Origin: Oikopleura dioica
Lineage: Eukaryota > Animalia > Chordata
Length of the DNA: 64,000 bases
Assembly: GCA_907165135.1 (NCBI GenBank)
Contig: OU015566.1
Span: 11,656,001 to 11,720,000 of the forward strand
Direction of reading: 5' to 3'
The notes under the pieces were generated by a model. That model searched no databases. It was given only the letters and a program-made list of their open reading frames with translations, and had not been told where the DNA came from. The translations under genes and the position numbers were made by a program. Below, in pieces: positions 27,042-39,451 of this stretch (its first letter is position 1; each line of letters begins with the position of its first letter).

Positions 27042-28075
27042 AAACTTTACTCCATTGGAAGATTTCTGCTTCTACCACGCTTTTACAAGACCTTGTTCAC
27101 AAGCTTAGTCCCAACTTCGATCTTCTGAAATGAAAAATTGATAAAGAAAAAAGTCGAAAACTTGCAAATTGCGAATATTCTTCAGATGGAACGAACTTGC
27201 TTGGTGATTTTTGGAGCGTTGTTGAATATTCAATGAAACATGTTATTCATATGGATGCAAAAAAGTATGGGAAGGTCAAAAAGTGAAAGGCAAAAGTTGA
27301 AACATAAAAATCACCTGGATCATTGATCAAGACAAAATATCTCATGCACTTGGGTGTTGAATGCACTTATCGGTTTTTTCTTCCACTAAAGGGAGGAATA
27401 ATATATTTGCTGGAATCCTCAAAAGCTACAGTAGGTTACAGACAGATATTGAAACATGTTGATTTTCGTAAAAAAGGAAGAATAAGAGAACTCTTTGATC
27501 ATTTGTTGAACGAATTGATAATGATTTTTATGAGAAGATGACAAATGCACGATTACTAGGCAGATCATTATTGCTGATTATCGTTGATTACATAATTTAA
27601 TCTTCGTGAACTTACAATACATCAAAGTTAGTTATCTCAAGCTGTTATTATTCAGTGGAATGATCGTTTTGTAGTTTTATTCGACTTTAAATACCGATGT
27701 AAATTACATCGGTAAAGACATCGGATTAACATCAACCAGAGTGAGCAAGCTGATGGACAGCGAGGATGGGGAGGGGGTAGTGGCGAATCAAGTCCACAAT
27801 TTTCGGAAAAGGCCAATCATAGACAAACATTCCCCTCTTTACCCACCTAGTTGCTGATAAAAACAATTACAACTTATAATTGATAAGCCGTCTCAAGCTG
27901 CTTTTAGTATCGATAAATGGAATAGATATTAGAATCGAATGTTAAGATTTTTTCGGTTAATATGTGTGGTGTATTTACAGAATAGGACATTATACTTTAA
28001 GTAATAAAGGAATAGTTTGTACAATATGTTTCAAAGTTAAAAGATTTAAAAAGTGGAAGATACAGGTTTTTCAAT

Positions 28076-31000
28076 TTAAACAATCGCGGATCGAACTCTT
28101 GATATCGTAGATGCGCTGGACATGGAAATATTATCGTCTTCGATTTGTTTCTGGCGCTGGGCGGCGCCGACTTGAGCGACTATTCTATCCCGAACGGACA
28201 TTTGCGAGACGGAGGACATAACGGAGCTGGAGGCAATAGACATGGCTAAAAGAAAGTTAGAGGAGTAGGAAGGATTTCCGACTTACTGTCATAGTCTTGG
28301 TGGTAATACTGGTTAGGTGTGCTTGGTCTAGCTCGAGGAAGTGCGCCCATTGATCGACAAGTATCAGTAGATATATCGGAGTTGGAATCAGTCAAACTCA
28401 TGTTGACCATTTCTGAGAAGCAAAAGTTATAAGGAGCGAAAGAAAGGTCACTGACTCACCTCTTGGCAAACTTGGTACGTTGTTTTGATCACCAAAGACA
28501 TAGTAGCACTGTTCGGAAAAACTGGTCTTGTTGACCGTGTGCTTGATGTAGTTCGCCTTGAGCATTGAGCTTGCGTACTTGCGCGCGTCCCGTCGATCCT
28601 GGAGACCTTCGACCTTCGAGTGTAGCCAATCAACAAGTTCAGAGCCAATAAACGCCATCGGAATCGTGATCTTGAGCCATTGGCGATCCTTGATGTCCAG
28701 GCCAGAGTTGGGAAAGCGCATCATTCGCACTACAGTGGACATTTCTAAAAGAAAAAATTGAAAAATTCATTCAAAGAAAGACGTTTTTACCGGAATGAAT
28801 AGTTAATTGGATCCTATTGAAATGGGGATAGTTGAGTTGGTCAGCCTCTGGAAGCGACGAAGCGAACGTGTCTGAGCTCGTTTCCGTCAGTTGCGACATG
28901 CTATCGTATCTGTGATCGCCGCCGTAGCCCTGCTGACTGGCGACCCAGGCCGCTGGATCGATGGGTCTTATCGGCTCGTTGAGATTGTTGCGAGGCAGGG
29001 AGTTGTGATGCGGGGTAGGGGACGGGTCCCAGCACTTGGCAATCATCAGCGTTATCTTCTTGCTCGGGTCGTTGACCACTTTGCGCAAGAAATCGACCGC
29101 TTCGTTGTTCGTCATTTCCTCAAAGTTAACATCGTTGACTTGCAGTAACATGTCTCCGGCTTCGATTCGGCCATCGGCAGCAACAGCACCGCCTTTCATA
29201 ATTGAGCCAATGTAGATTCCACCGTCGCCAGACTCGTTATTCTGCCCGACGATTGAGATGCCCAAGAACTTATGTTTTTCTAGATCGAGTTCTACTGTCA
29301 TCACATTGAGCGACATCGTCGAGTCCGTCACGGAAGAGGAGTAGTTTGACGTCTGAAAAGGAAAATGTTAATAGACATTTGTGGCGAGTAGACAGATGGC
29401 GTCTGAGATTTGATTGACTCCGGGAACGCAATTCTTTACGGGACAATCGATGCGTTCAATTTCCGCGCTCTGCTGTTCTAATACGGAGTGGCTGTCATTA
29501 TTGACTTACCGTATCGTCAAGCTTGGTTGGTCGTTTCTTCCGACGGACTTGGCGGCGGGGGCGACGCTGACGTGAAACACTCGACATGTCTGTGACTGTA
29601 CTGTAACTAAAGAGAACAATTTAGGGGATGAAATGAAAAGGGGAGACTTACGCAATGCTGGAAGCATCATCAAATTCACTGTCGAAGGCTGTTCTATCGG
29701 AGAGCTCTGAGCTCATGATCGTGCTCTGTGAGCCAAAACGATCCGCCATTGGAGGTGGTCTTCTAGCGCGACGAGAGCCGCTAGAACCAGAGCCGTGGGA
29801 TCGCGGTGGAGGCGGCGCGATAAATTCTGAAGGAATAAATGTCAAGTTAAGTCTCTCTACGTAGAATTGCGTGATCTGTTTGAAGAGGGCTTTACGAAGG
29901 AACATTTTTGAAATTTGTGCTTGTCAGAACTCGACTCTTTCTTGCTCTTTCTGCTACTTTGACTGGAGCACTTGAGCGAGGACAGGAAGTGCCAGGCGAT
30001 AAGATTGTTTATTTTTATGATCATTTTGCAAATAAAGAATCGAGCTCTGACTCCTATTTGGCCTGTTTGAATTGATAAGGGCGCGTTTCTTATCACCGTG
30101 GAAATTTAAATGAGAAAGCATGATGCTAATCGCTTTTTCCCGTGAATAAATTAAGGCGCAAATTTAGGACCTGACTACCCCTCAATCACCCGGGTTGCTG
30201 CACGGGCATTGTGTACTGTTCCCTGGTGGGTGGTGGGAAATACGAGTTAGGCGCCGTATTTAGGGCAGCAGCAGGGGGCCGCAAATTTTGTGACTTACCA
30301 TCGGGTCGGTGACGCACAGTGGAATCTACACGCTCCGGTGGGGTTGGCTTTTTCTTTTCCGGTTCCTGAAAATATGAGATAAGAAACTGCGAAATCAAGT
30401 GGCTGCGAATTCATCCGTGGCCGAATGGACTCTCGACCAGCCGGTTTTTAAAATCCTCAGAATTCGATCGATTTCGGATGTTTTCAAAAATTACCTTTTC
30501 GCAAGGAGTGAGGAAACAAACAATTTTTCCTTCTTGCGTTTGCGGTAGGATCGCCTTGTCGTCAGAAATCTCCTCCTTTACGAGGCCGAAATCTTCGTCG
30601 TAGGATTGAAAGAAGAACTTGTAGTTGCTCTTGTTGATGCATTTTTTGAAATCCGCAAAAGTGATGGCCTCCTTAGCCACTGGAACCTAAAAACAAAAAT
30701 CAATACACTGAATTTCCAAAATTCTCAAAACGTCAAAACTTGGGCATGAGAAAGTACTCCAATCTCAATCACTTTCTCATACAAGAAGTGCTTTCTTTTT
30801 TGGTACAAAAGGGACTTGCGTGATTTAAATGATCAATTAGGGACTCCTAAACGATATCTCAAGACCCAGGTATCTATTGTGAGAGCCTTAATCGTTTATT
30901 GTGAAGATGATCATTCTGGCAAACTCTCTTTTGTGCCCAAAAATGACCACAAAGTTTCCTGTACTAAAAACTGTACGAAAAAAGCATTGTCGAGCTTCAT

Positions 31001-31745
31001 TTTGATCCGCATCATTTTTAAGAAAAGAAAGAAAGTTGTCAGGACGACCGAGGGGCGAGTTTCTTTCCCGTCAATCAATCAATCAAAGAAAAGTCTTCAA
31101 GGTTTTCAAAATCGCGAAAGTCGAAAGTTTTTCACAAGCTCGATCAAGTGGAAAACGCATCATTTCTTTCTCCTCCGAGGAGGATCGAATTCTTTGATCA
31201 TTTGACAGCGGATCAAACAGAAAACATCATAAAAATACATCAATTAACCTTACAAACCGGACTTTAAGGGGGTAGAACTAGATTTTTCGAAAAACCGTGA
31301 TTTTCGAGATGCACTTTAAATAAGAAAGACCTGTTTTTACTTATGCTAACGAAATTTCCTCATAGATGTTGCTAGAAAAAGGGTTAAACTATCTTAAAAT
31401 GAGATTTAAAAAATTTGGCTAGTCACGTGACTCGAGAAATTTGAGGACGCGAATACGCTAAAATTGCGATTTTCGAAGAGGTGGGTTGACGTTTCGCTCT
31501 CTAACGCCAAAATGTGTTGACGAAAAAAATTTTTAAGAAAAATTTTGTTAGATCTAAGTTTGTTTTATCTTCAGCCGAAGAGAGAATTTGAAAATCTAAG
31601 CTCTCCTGGCTTTGAGCGCCGGCCTAGAATCGGCTATTTTCGAAAAACCTAGTTCTACCCCCTTAAAAGCGAATAGACGTACCTTAACGAGATAGGGCGT
31701 ATCTTCGTCGCCGATATAATAAACAACTTTCGTCTGGGTAGCCAT
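28076..31745 (-). CDS. DVL: Dishevelled (DIX, PDZ, DEP)
   Basis: [40 protein letters not shown] (DIX), FLGISIVGQ...[30 protein letters not shown] (PDZ), [28 protein letters not shown] (DEP). Confidence 0.96.
31268..31662. mobile_element. MITE with TTAA target duplication and GG...CC termini (Kolobok-like), in Dvl intron 1
   Basis: 26-bp TIR GGGGGTAGAACTAG(A/G)TTTTTCGAAAA with 1 mismatch, flanked by TTAA at 31264-31267 and 31663-31666; no ORF. Confidence 0.85.
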
Positions 31746-33351
31746 GATTCGGGAATGATTGTCTGGATACTGTATCTGTTAATCTACTGACGTATCTTCC
31801 TTCGTTTTGTTTTTTTCTTTTCAATCTCTGTTATAACATTTTCACAATATCAAATCTCTCGTTTTTCGATTTTCTGAAAAGGAGAAAACGATTTAGTTGA
31901 GTTTTGAAATTCGAATTTTTCTTTAAAAACTTCCGTGGCTTTTTTGGTGGCAGTAACACTGGGAGGCCAATGGGGCGCGTTATGCTGCCCAGAGTGGCCG
32001 CGACGGGGCGCCTAAGGGCTCCGTAGGTCCTCCTGTCCGACCACCGAATTATGCCGGATCGGGCGGAGGCGCGCAGATGCACCACCAGCTGACCATCACC
32101 CGACCTTCCGCGAAAAAACAAGCAACGCAGCAGCTAATTTCAAGAAGCGAGTATGCAGCCAATTATAAAAACATGGTGCAGGACGGATTCAAGTAATATT
32201 GTAGATTCTCGGTTCTTAGGTACACTCTTATGTGTAGTTAAAGTAAGGTTAGATCGGTAACTGAAGTGAGCCAGAATGTTGGAAGGGTGATCAGATATTC
32301 AAGAGCGTACCGCTACGCTTTACAGAAAATGACAAGGCTCTGTAGAATAGGTCGATAGAGTTGAATAAATTAAATCCAGAAATATATAAACAAAATTTTA
32401 CTTATGATGTTCTTCTTTTCAATTTTCAAAAAAGATAATGTAACAAGCGAAGAGAATAATGATGAAAAATGATAGTCATTCATATACAGTACTATAATAA
32501 CTGTTGAATGCTGACTTTTATTTACAGACTTTGAAAAACCGAACAAAAATTCTCTCTCCGTTTCGTATGCAAATAGGTCAAAAAATGCATTCCAATCCTT
32601 ATCAAAACTAAAAATCTCACCCCAGGAGCCCTCCTAGCTGCCCTATCAATGTTTATCATCGTGCGAAGGGGTCGCGAAAAAATAATGGCAAAATTTAGAA
32701 ATTTCCTGCCAGAGGCTGGAAATCGGGGTCATCGCAAATTTTCAGATTCGAGACGGGCGTGAATTTTCTAGCCTAAAAATTTTACGCCAGTAATTTTGCG
32801 ACTGATAGAGAAATTATAGTGTTTTTCGACAATTGATTTTTAGCCACTAAAATTTTCTCTAAAACGAAAATTCTTCTAGATTTTCAGGAAAAGTTCACTT
32901 CTCTAGAATTCGCGCGATGAGTTTTTACGCAAGATTACAGTGAAAGAAGCGATGAATCAGCGGTGGAGATGATCCGCTTGTTCGGGAGTTATTCACTGCG
33001 TCGTTGAAAACCGCGCGAATCGTGGATCATTGGACGCCGCGGAGCCAATAACTTTGTCAGCTCGGCCAGGCCAGCTCGAGCTCAAGCGCTCGGCGAGGGT
33101 CAGATGCGCACACCGACCTTGATCTCTCCCCATTTTCGTGTTCTTCGCGGTAATTCTTTTTATCATCACTTGTTTTTCCTGATGAAAAAAAAAAAAAACA
33201 GTGAGCCAGGACAATCATAGAGCTTTGTCAGAAAGCTGCTTTTACTCTGGACTTTTCAGAAACCTGACTCAGGTTTTTACAATAAAAGACTTTTATTTGA
33301 CCATCCCTTTGAAAAGAACACTGACTTATATATTTGAAAAATAATTTAATA

Positions 33352-33558
33352 CCGCGATTGGCATTTCTGACTGACTGATTCTGATTTTCGAGTGAAATAG
33401 CTAATCAACCAATTAAAATTTGACTCTAGTGTCTCTTCTTTGAGAGTTCCGTCAAACCAGTGACGCCTACGCAATCTACGTTACAAATCTCCTATGTTTT
33501 TAGCATGGAGAATTGTAACGTCAAGCTCTTTTCAGTCAGTCAGGACTGCCAATCGCGG
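33352..33558. mobile_element. Small TA-flanked MITE (Tc1/mariner/pogo-type signature)
   Basis: Inverted repeats CCGCGATTGGCA(TTT/GTC)CTGACTGACTGA at both ends, with TA on each side. Confidence 0.7.
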
Positions 33559-33642
33559 TATTATGTTATATTCAGTAATTTAATAGAAAGCTCTTTTTAC
33601 AGTTTCAGCAATTACTTTTTTTTATTCAGGAAAATTTGAATT

Positions 33643-36600
33643 TTAATCGTCGTAGTTTTGATTTTCAACGGATTCTTGGTTTTCGTCTTCGATCTGTCTT
33701 CTTCGGCCAATGATGTACGCAACGACTACGACGATGACGAGCCCGCCAAGGACGGAACCGACAATGACGGGAATAAGCCAGTCGTCTTTCATATCTTCTT
33801 TGCAGTCTTCAAACGCACTTTTTGAGGATGAAGAACGAGTTGGGTTTTTTGAACAAAATGGGCTGAGGTCAATTTAGCCTTGACCTTATTTTACGCAACT
33901 TCTCAGCCTTGCTCGTAAATTTTCAATTAACTGTAACCTGTAATGCGTAAATTAACCCAATTGACGGGATGAAAAAGTATGAAATCGCAGGACAAAAAGG
34001 CGAAATTCTGAATGAGAGAAGGGGATTTTCACGGAATTGCCAATTTCTGCCCATTCATCCATAATCCTGGTTAGTGAGATTGAACGGTTGGATTGTGACA
34101 TCTTCGATCTGCATGTACCACGTGTCAGTAGCGTTGATCCAGTGTTTATCGTGGCACTAAATATTTTTACAGGCTTAGGACGAGAGGCGAAAGTGCACAA
34201 ATAGGATTCGGTTCCGCGAAAATCTCAATCGACAAAATAACTAACCACCTGCTCATTCTACTGAAAGAATATTAAATTCAAATTTTAATTTGAAAAATAA
34301 ATATTTCTTAAATTCAAAACTATCATAAAAAATGATCCCCCATCAAACTTTTAAAAAGCCATAATAAGCAAGCACTTTGCAAACAATCGCTGGGATCAGC
34401 AGGCCGCAAATTCGGATGGAGCTTGGAGTTGTTTGCTCAAGCCTATAAACGGGCTAAGACAACATCTCGATGCCCGGCCAGTTGTTGGCAAAATATACAA
34501 ACTGCCCAAAAAGAAGACAATAGAACCTTCAAAAAATCAAAAAAGAACCATCAACGCTCGATTTTTAGCCTTGAAGGTCATCTTCGAGGGGTTCAGCCTG
34601 CTTGGCGGCTTTCAAGTTGTTTTGGAAAAATAGCGATAGGCTAATTGAGGAAGAATACCGCTCTTGGATTGTTTCATCAACCGGCCGGTTTGTATTGATA
34701 GCGCGGTAAAAGTGGGATTGTCTCGAAAAAATTCCAAGAAAATTTGTAATTCCTGGCAAGATTCCAGAACCGTAAATCTGGCGCTCTTTCATCCACGCTT
34801 TCTCATTATCATAAATGCATATCTGGAGCTATGCACCATTGATAACGCTAATCTCAAGGCCCGTGGAGCGGAAGGGATCAGTCGGGATTATGCCTTACCA
34901 TAAATGCACTTCCGTAGGTTGTGTTGAAAAGCGTCGCGTTTGAAGATATCGTCGTCACACCGGCGTGGACGTTCGTGTTTGGGAAGAGGGGATTTCCGCC
35001 GTTACTACAAACGAGGGATTAAGTGATTTTTCGACACCTTGGCAGGTTGAAGTTGATATTTTTTAGTTTTTTTAACAAAAAACCTATTAACAAATTTTAC
35101 AAAAGAACTTGTTTTTCTTGCTCTTTTTGGTGGGAAAAAAGTACATCCGGTAATTTTCTTCTTCGCGGATTAGCAAGAATTTCATCGGGATTAGAATATG
35201 GGAAATTTTGGATAAACTTGGATAAGATGGTGGCTAATCGTCCGTGTGAGCGAACAAAACGCTGATTTTAATCATTTGTGACTTTTTTTTTACGTTGCTG
35301 ATTTCATGGACTCACGGGTAGCTGAGAGTCGCATGCGAAAGCGACCAAAATGTTCCATTTGTATTGGTGGTAAAGTCCATGGTGATATTTGCCGCGTTGA
35401 AGTCGAGCTCTTTGATCCAGAATGTGACGCTCAACGAGTCGTTGCTGCAAGTCTTGCTCATGCTGTGGGTGATTTCGGTTGTGTTTGAAATGGCGAAATT
35501 GGCGACCATGTCCTGAAATTTTAAGAAATTGTTACTTTTCTATTTCATTTTTTGCCGGCAAGTTTGGCAAGCTGAAGACGGCAAGACAAATCCGCTCGGC
35601 TCTGATGAAATTTTATTTCAACAAATGTTTTCGAGTTTCTCGAAGTAGCTTCCTTTTTATTATGTAAAGAATTAGTAAGTATTTCAATTAGGCACATGAA
35701 AATTGAATTTCAAGCTCAGGTGATCAATGGAAGCATGAAATCACGTGACAAAAGAACCTTCCGACATCGAGTCGCTTATCTTCTTATAAGCGCATGTCAC
35801 GGGTCGTTCTTGAATTGACATTGATATTCGCCCTATCCCACTTTCAATCAACATGTTTTTAATCAGCTTACCTCGCCTAGAATCGAAGTATAATTGACAT
35901 TAACGAGGGTGCTCATCGCCAGTTTGCCGCACACTGTGGTATTCTTCCCATCAGTCACGGTAATGTTCCAGCTGACCTCTTGACCCTTAATACACACGTG
36001 ATTCTTTTTTATGCTTCGTTACTTTCGGGTGTGACGTCGTTGAAATCAAAAAGGCATTCATCGGTGTTGTTGACGACAGTGCGATTTCCGAAGTCGGAGA
36101 ATGCTTCCCAAATTGCTGGCTGGATCTTCAAACCTACAAAAATCAGAAAAAAAGGAAAATGAGTCTTTTCACCTTGAATTTGCTTTTCTTCAGTCGCTAA
36201 CTGAACTTCCGCCGCAGCTTGGCAGTTGTAAGCTTTTCCAGCGGGAACTGGGTATCCGTGGATTTTGTCATTTCTAATTTGGGCCGTCAAATATTTTTGG
36301 AAAAGAAAATTTACCGAATTGTTTTCTTAGTTGTGTCGTTTGATCCTTCGAAGTTATTCCACGAAAAGGTGACGGAAACGTTTTGTACAAAGTAGTCCAC
36401 GCTGAACACTTTTTGATTCTGCGTATTTTTGATGTTTTCTTACCCGTTATTCTTCAAGACGAGTTCCATTTCTTTCGTTTTGTTGCCCGCGGTTTCGTTG
36501 AACATCACGGATACCCACTCATCGCCATCGAGAATCAAGTGCTTGGCTGTTACTTTTTTGGTATCTGCGAAGTCGAGGGCGCCTGGGCAATATCCTTTGT

Positions 36601-37180
36601 GGGGCGCGTATTCGAATTTAGTCCAAACGCGGAAAGAAGCGTTTGCGATGAATTGAGTTGTGTTTGTTGAATCTTGGGCTACCCAGGTCTGATTTGCTGG
36701 TAAAGCTGGAACTGCTGGACAGGGAGCGAGAGTAGTTGTTGTGGCGGTTGTCGTTGTTGGAGCTTCGGTGGTGGTGGTGTTTGCGGTTGTTGTAGTTGTT
36801 GGTGGGGTGGTTGTTGTTGTGGGCTTGGTGGTTGTTGTTGGTGCAGTTGTGGTTGTTGTTGGTGCAGTTGTGGTTGTTGTTGACGCAGTTGTGGTTGTTG
36901 TTGAAGCAGTTGTAGTCGTTGTCGCCTTTGTAGTCGTTGTTGTTTCTTTTGTGGTTGTTGTTGTAGGGACAGTTGTCGTTGAAGTGGTGGTCGAGGCTGT
37001 GGTTGTAGTCGTGGAAACAGTTGTTGTCGACTGTGTTGTCGTAGTAGTTGAGGCTGTCGTGGTTGAAGCAGTACTCGTTGATGCAACCGTCGTAGTACTT
37101 TCAATTTTGGTAGTAGTGGTGTCGTCAGAAAGGGATATCCTTCCGGCAAAAGCAGCCGCAAATAAAACTAACAGCTTCAT
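33643..37180 (-). CDS. LAMP-family type I membrane glycoprotein: signal peptide, Thr-rich mucin segment, two LAMP domains, TM, acidic tail
   Basis: Signal MKLLVLFAAAFAG. LAMP-like motifs PAGKAYNCQ, WNITVTDGKNTTVCG, LFPNT...TYGSAFMC and MQIEDVTIQPFNL. Then EDCKED and TM LIPVIVGSVLGGLVIVVVVAYIIGRRR, which closely resembles the LAMP TM. Confidence 0.8.
36730..37120 (-). repeat. ACN-codon low-complexity tandem repeat encoding poly-Thr mucin segment
   Basis: Repeated GTTGTTGT/GTGGTTGT on the + strand; translates as TTTTTASTTTTTAP... on the - strand. Confidence 0.9.
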
Positions 37181-37576
37181 CGCCCTTCTTCTTTTTACGT
37201 TCTCTCTTCAACTTTCAAAATTTACCCACTCTTGAAGATTCTGCAGCACAGAATGGCCCGCGAAGGTGCGACAATTCGCCAGAGAAATAATTTGTTCGAC
37301 TTTGTTTAGATTTGAGCGCGGTTGCGGTAGTGTGTGAAGAGGAAAAATTCGTTTCATAACAACTATACACGCTGCTCGTGATTGTTCTAGTCATATGTGT
37401 TTTATTTTCATATAATTTATTTGCGTATTTATTAATTTCCTTGTTTATCAACCATTTTGTTATTAGTCATTAAAATAGATTCCAAATTAGAATCGCGATT
37501 TTTTCAAATGTCAGCGAATTTGACCGGCCTCAGTAAAAGATGCTTCCTTTGATTATACTCACCTGAACTTTTCAAA

Positions 37577-39274
37577 ATGTTTAAATTTTCCATTTTTAAG
37601 AATTTCAGGCAGTATTTTGGAGCACTTCTATTTATATATGGAATTTTTACTCTGTTCGTCGACTGTATATCGAGTCAGACTCAGACGATCCCGAAGGACA
37701 ATGCTCCAAGAATCGCTAAAGAGATAATGAGAGACCATGAAGATACACGGTGAGTTCTTTTTTTTGTCATTTGGGATTGATTTTTTTCATAGAAGTTTTT
37801 TCAACTTTGAAAATGGCAAGTTCGAGCAGCCGCTAGAGCATCTAAATGCCTTTTTAAACTTTGAATTCGGCTATTCCTGGCCAGTTCTTCATACGCCAAC
37901 GAATTGTACCAAAGTTGCGAATTTCAATCAAACAACGATTCTGATCGGCGTGAAGTCTCACCCATCGGCGCTAGAAAAGCGGAATCTTATTCGAAGAACA
38001 TGGAGTCGAGGTTCGACTGAATGATTGTTTTAAAAATTGTATAATTCAGCTAGATACTGGACTAATACAATTCTCGGTAAAGTCCCGATTCAACTAAAGA
38101 CTATATTTCTGATTGGAAGCACCTCTGGAGTTGATATCAAAGAGGAAGCAGAGAGAAACGAGGATATTTTACAGTGGGATTTCAACGAAGATTTGTTTAA
38201 TCTTACGAATAAAGGAAAGTCTAGGAAACTCGTTTGCCAAGAGAGAATATGATTTTCGTAGACCAAAAAGATCATCAACTCATAAACTTCTTCGAAAACC
38301 ACTGCTCCTTTGCAAATTTTATAATCAAAGGAGACGACGATATCTACTTGAATCCAAAAGTCATCCAGCGCCTAATCGTGAAGAATATCTTCGACCCGAA
38401 TCGTAACGTCACTGGAACGTACAGACAGATGCCAGCGGGCCAGTTGATCAGTTTCAAATCACCGATTGAGATGTTCGGAAGTATGGTGATCGGCGCAAAG
38501 CCTTACCGCGACCCACTGAGCAAGTATTTTATTCCGAATTCGTTTTACTCCGACGCTTTTGGGTCATATCCGAGATACTTTTCTGGTGCCCTTTTTGTAA
38601 TGACAAATAAAGCTCTGTCTCAAATTGGACCAAAAGCGCGAGAAACACCAGCTTTTCCGATTGACGATGTCTGGGTCGGAATGGTCCTAGAAAGAGCGGC
38701 TCTTGATGACCATCTCACACATGATCATCTGATGTATATTGGCCTAATGAATCAAGAATGGGTTCAATTTTAATGTCTCATTTTTTGAAAATTTCGAAAT
38801 TCAAATTATTAGAAATCCAAAACGTTAGTTTACCTCGATGCTGCGAACTTGAATACGACCTGCTATTTGGCTGGAATGCCGGTCTACCATAAAATGTCGC
38901 TTGAAATGATAGAAATGACTTATAAAATGATCTACTCGATGAATCTGGAGAAATGCATGGATGAGACGATTCTCGACGATGTGGTCCAAAAACTTTACAA
39001 GAAGTCGCAATTTCTTGCTCGAGAGCTTATTCAAGAAAATGATCAAAAATGTAAACTACAAAGTAACAATCGTATATCACGGAGCATTTTAAAGATTATT
39101 GCGAAAGAATGGTGCAGCAATATTCAATTTCACATCGGAAATACGTTCACTTCAAACTGCATAATGAAATCGTATCAATTGCTTTTAAAACTAAAGAAGT
39201 TCGGACCGAGAAGCAACGGAAAAGGAGTTAACAGACATTTAGCCAGGCAATTGCCTCATGATTCCCTGACTTAA
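37577..39274 (+). CDS. GT31 beta-1,3-glycosyltransferase (B3GNT/B3GALT-like), type II membrane
   Basis: N-terminal TM (YFGALLFIYGIFTLF), ILIGVKSHPSALEKRNLIRRTW, DILQWDFNEDLFNLTNK, IIKGDDDIYLNP (DxD), YPRYFSGALFVM, FPIDDVWVGM. The 3' end is less certain. Confidence 0.9.
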
Positions 39275-39451
39275 AAAAACTATCACTTAAATAAACACAG
39301 AAGACTTAAGCATTTTTTTTGATGTTTTATTGATAGAAATGAGAGAGAACGAATGGCACTGAGAGTAGGTTTTCTCCCAATGAGAAAATGTAAACATGTT
39401 TCGGAAAGAGATTTTTGTACGAATTCTTCGTTTTGCGAGTCGGATTCGAGT

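Noticed and set aside
32095-32112. GGAAGGTCGGG on the minus strand, like RNase P RNA CR-I
   Set aside because: No complementary CR-V/P4 partner downstream.
34565-34830. LAMP intron segment reading IYDNEKAWMKERQIY..., faintly like TGF-beta receptor kinase subdomain III
   Set aside because: No VAVK lysine or downstream kinase motifs, and the similarity is only a few residues.
36679-37235. Val-rich + strand ORF and Gln-rich alternative frame
   Set aside because: Alternative readings of the Thr-codon repeat; only the Thr frame has a signal peptide and continues into LAMP domains.
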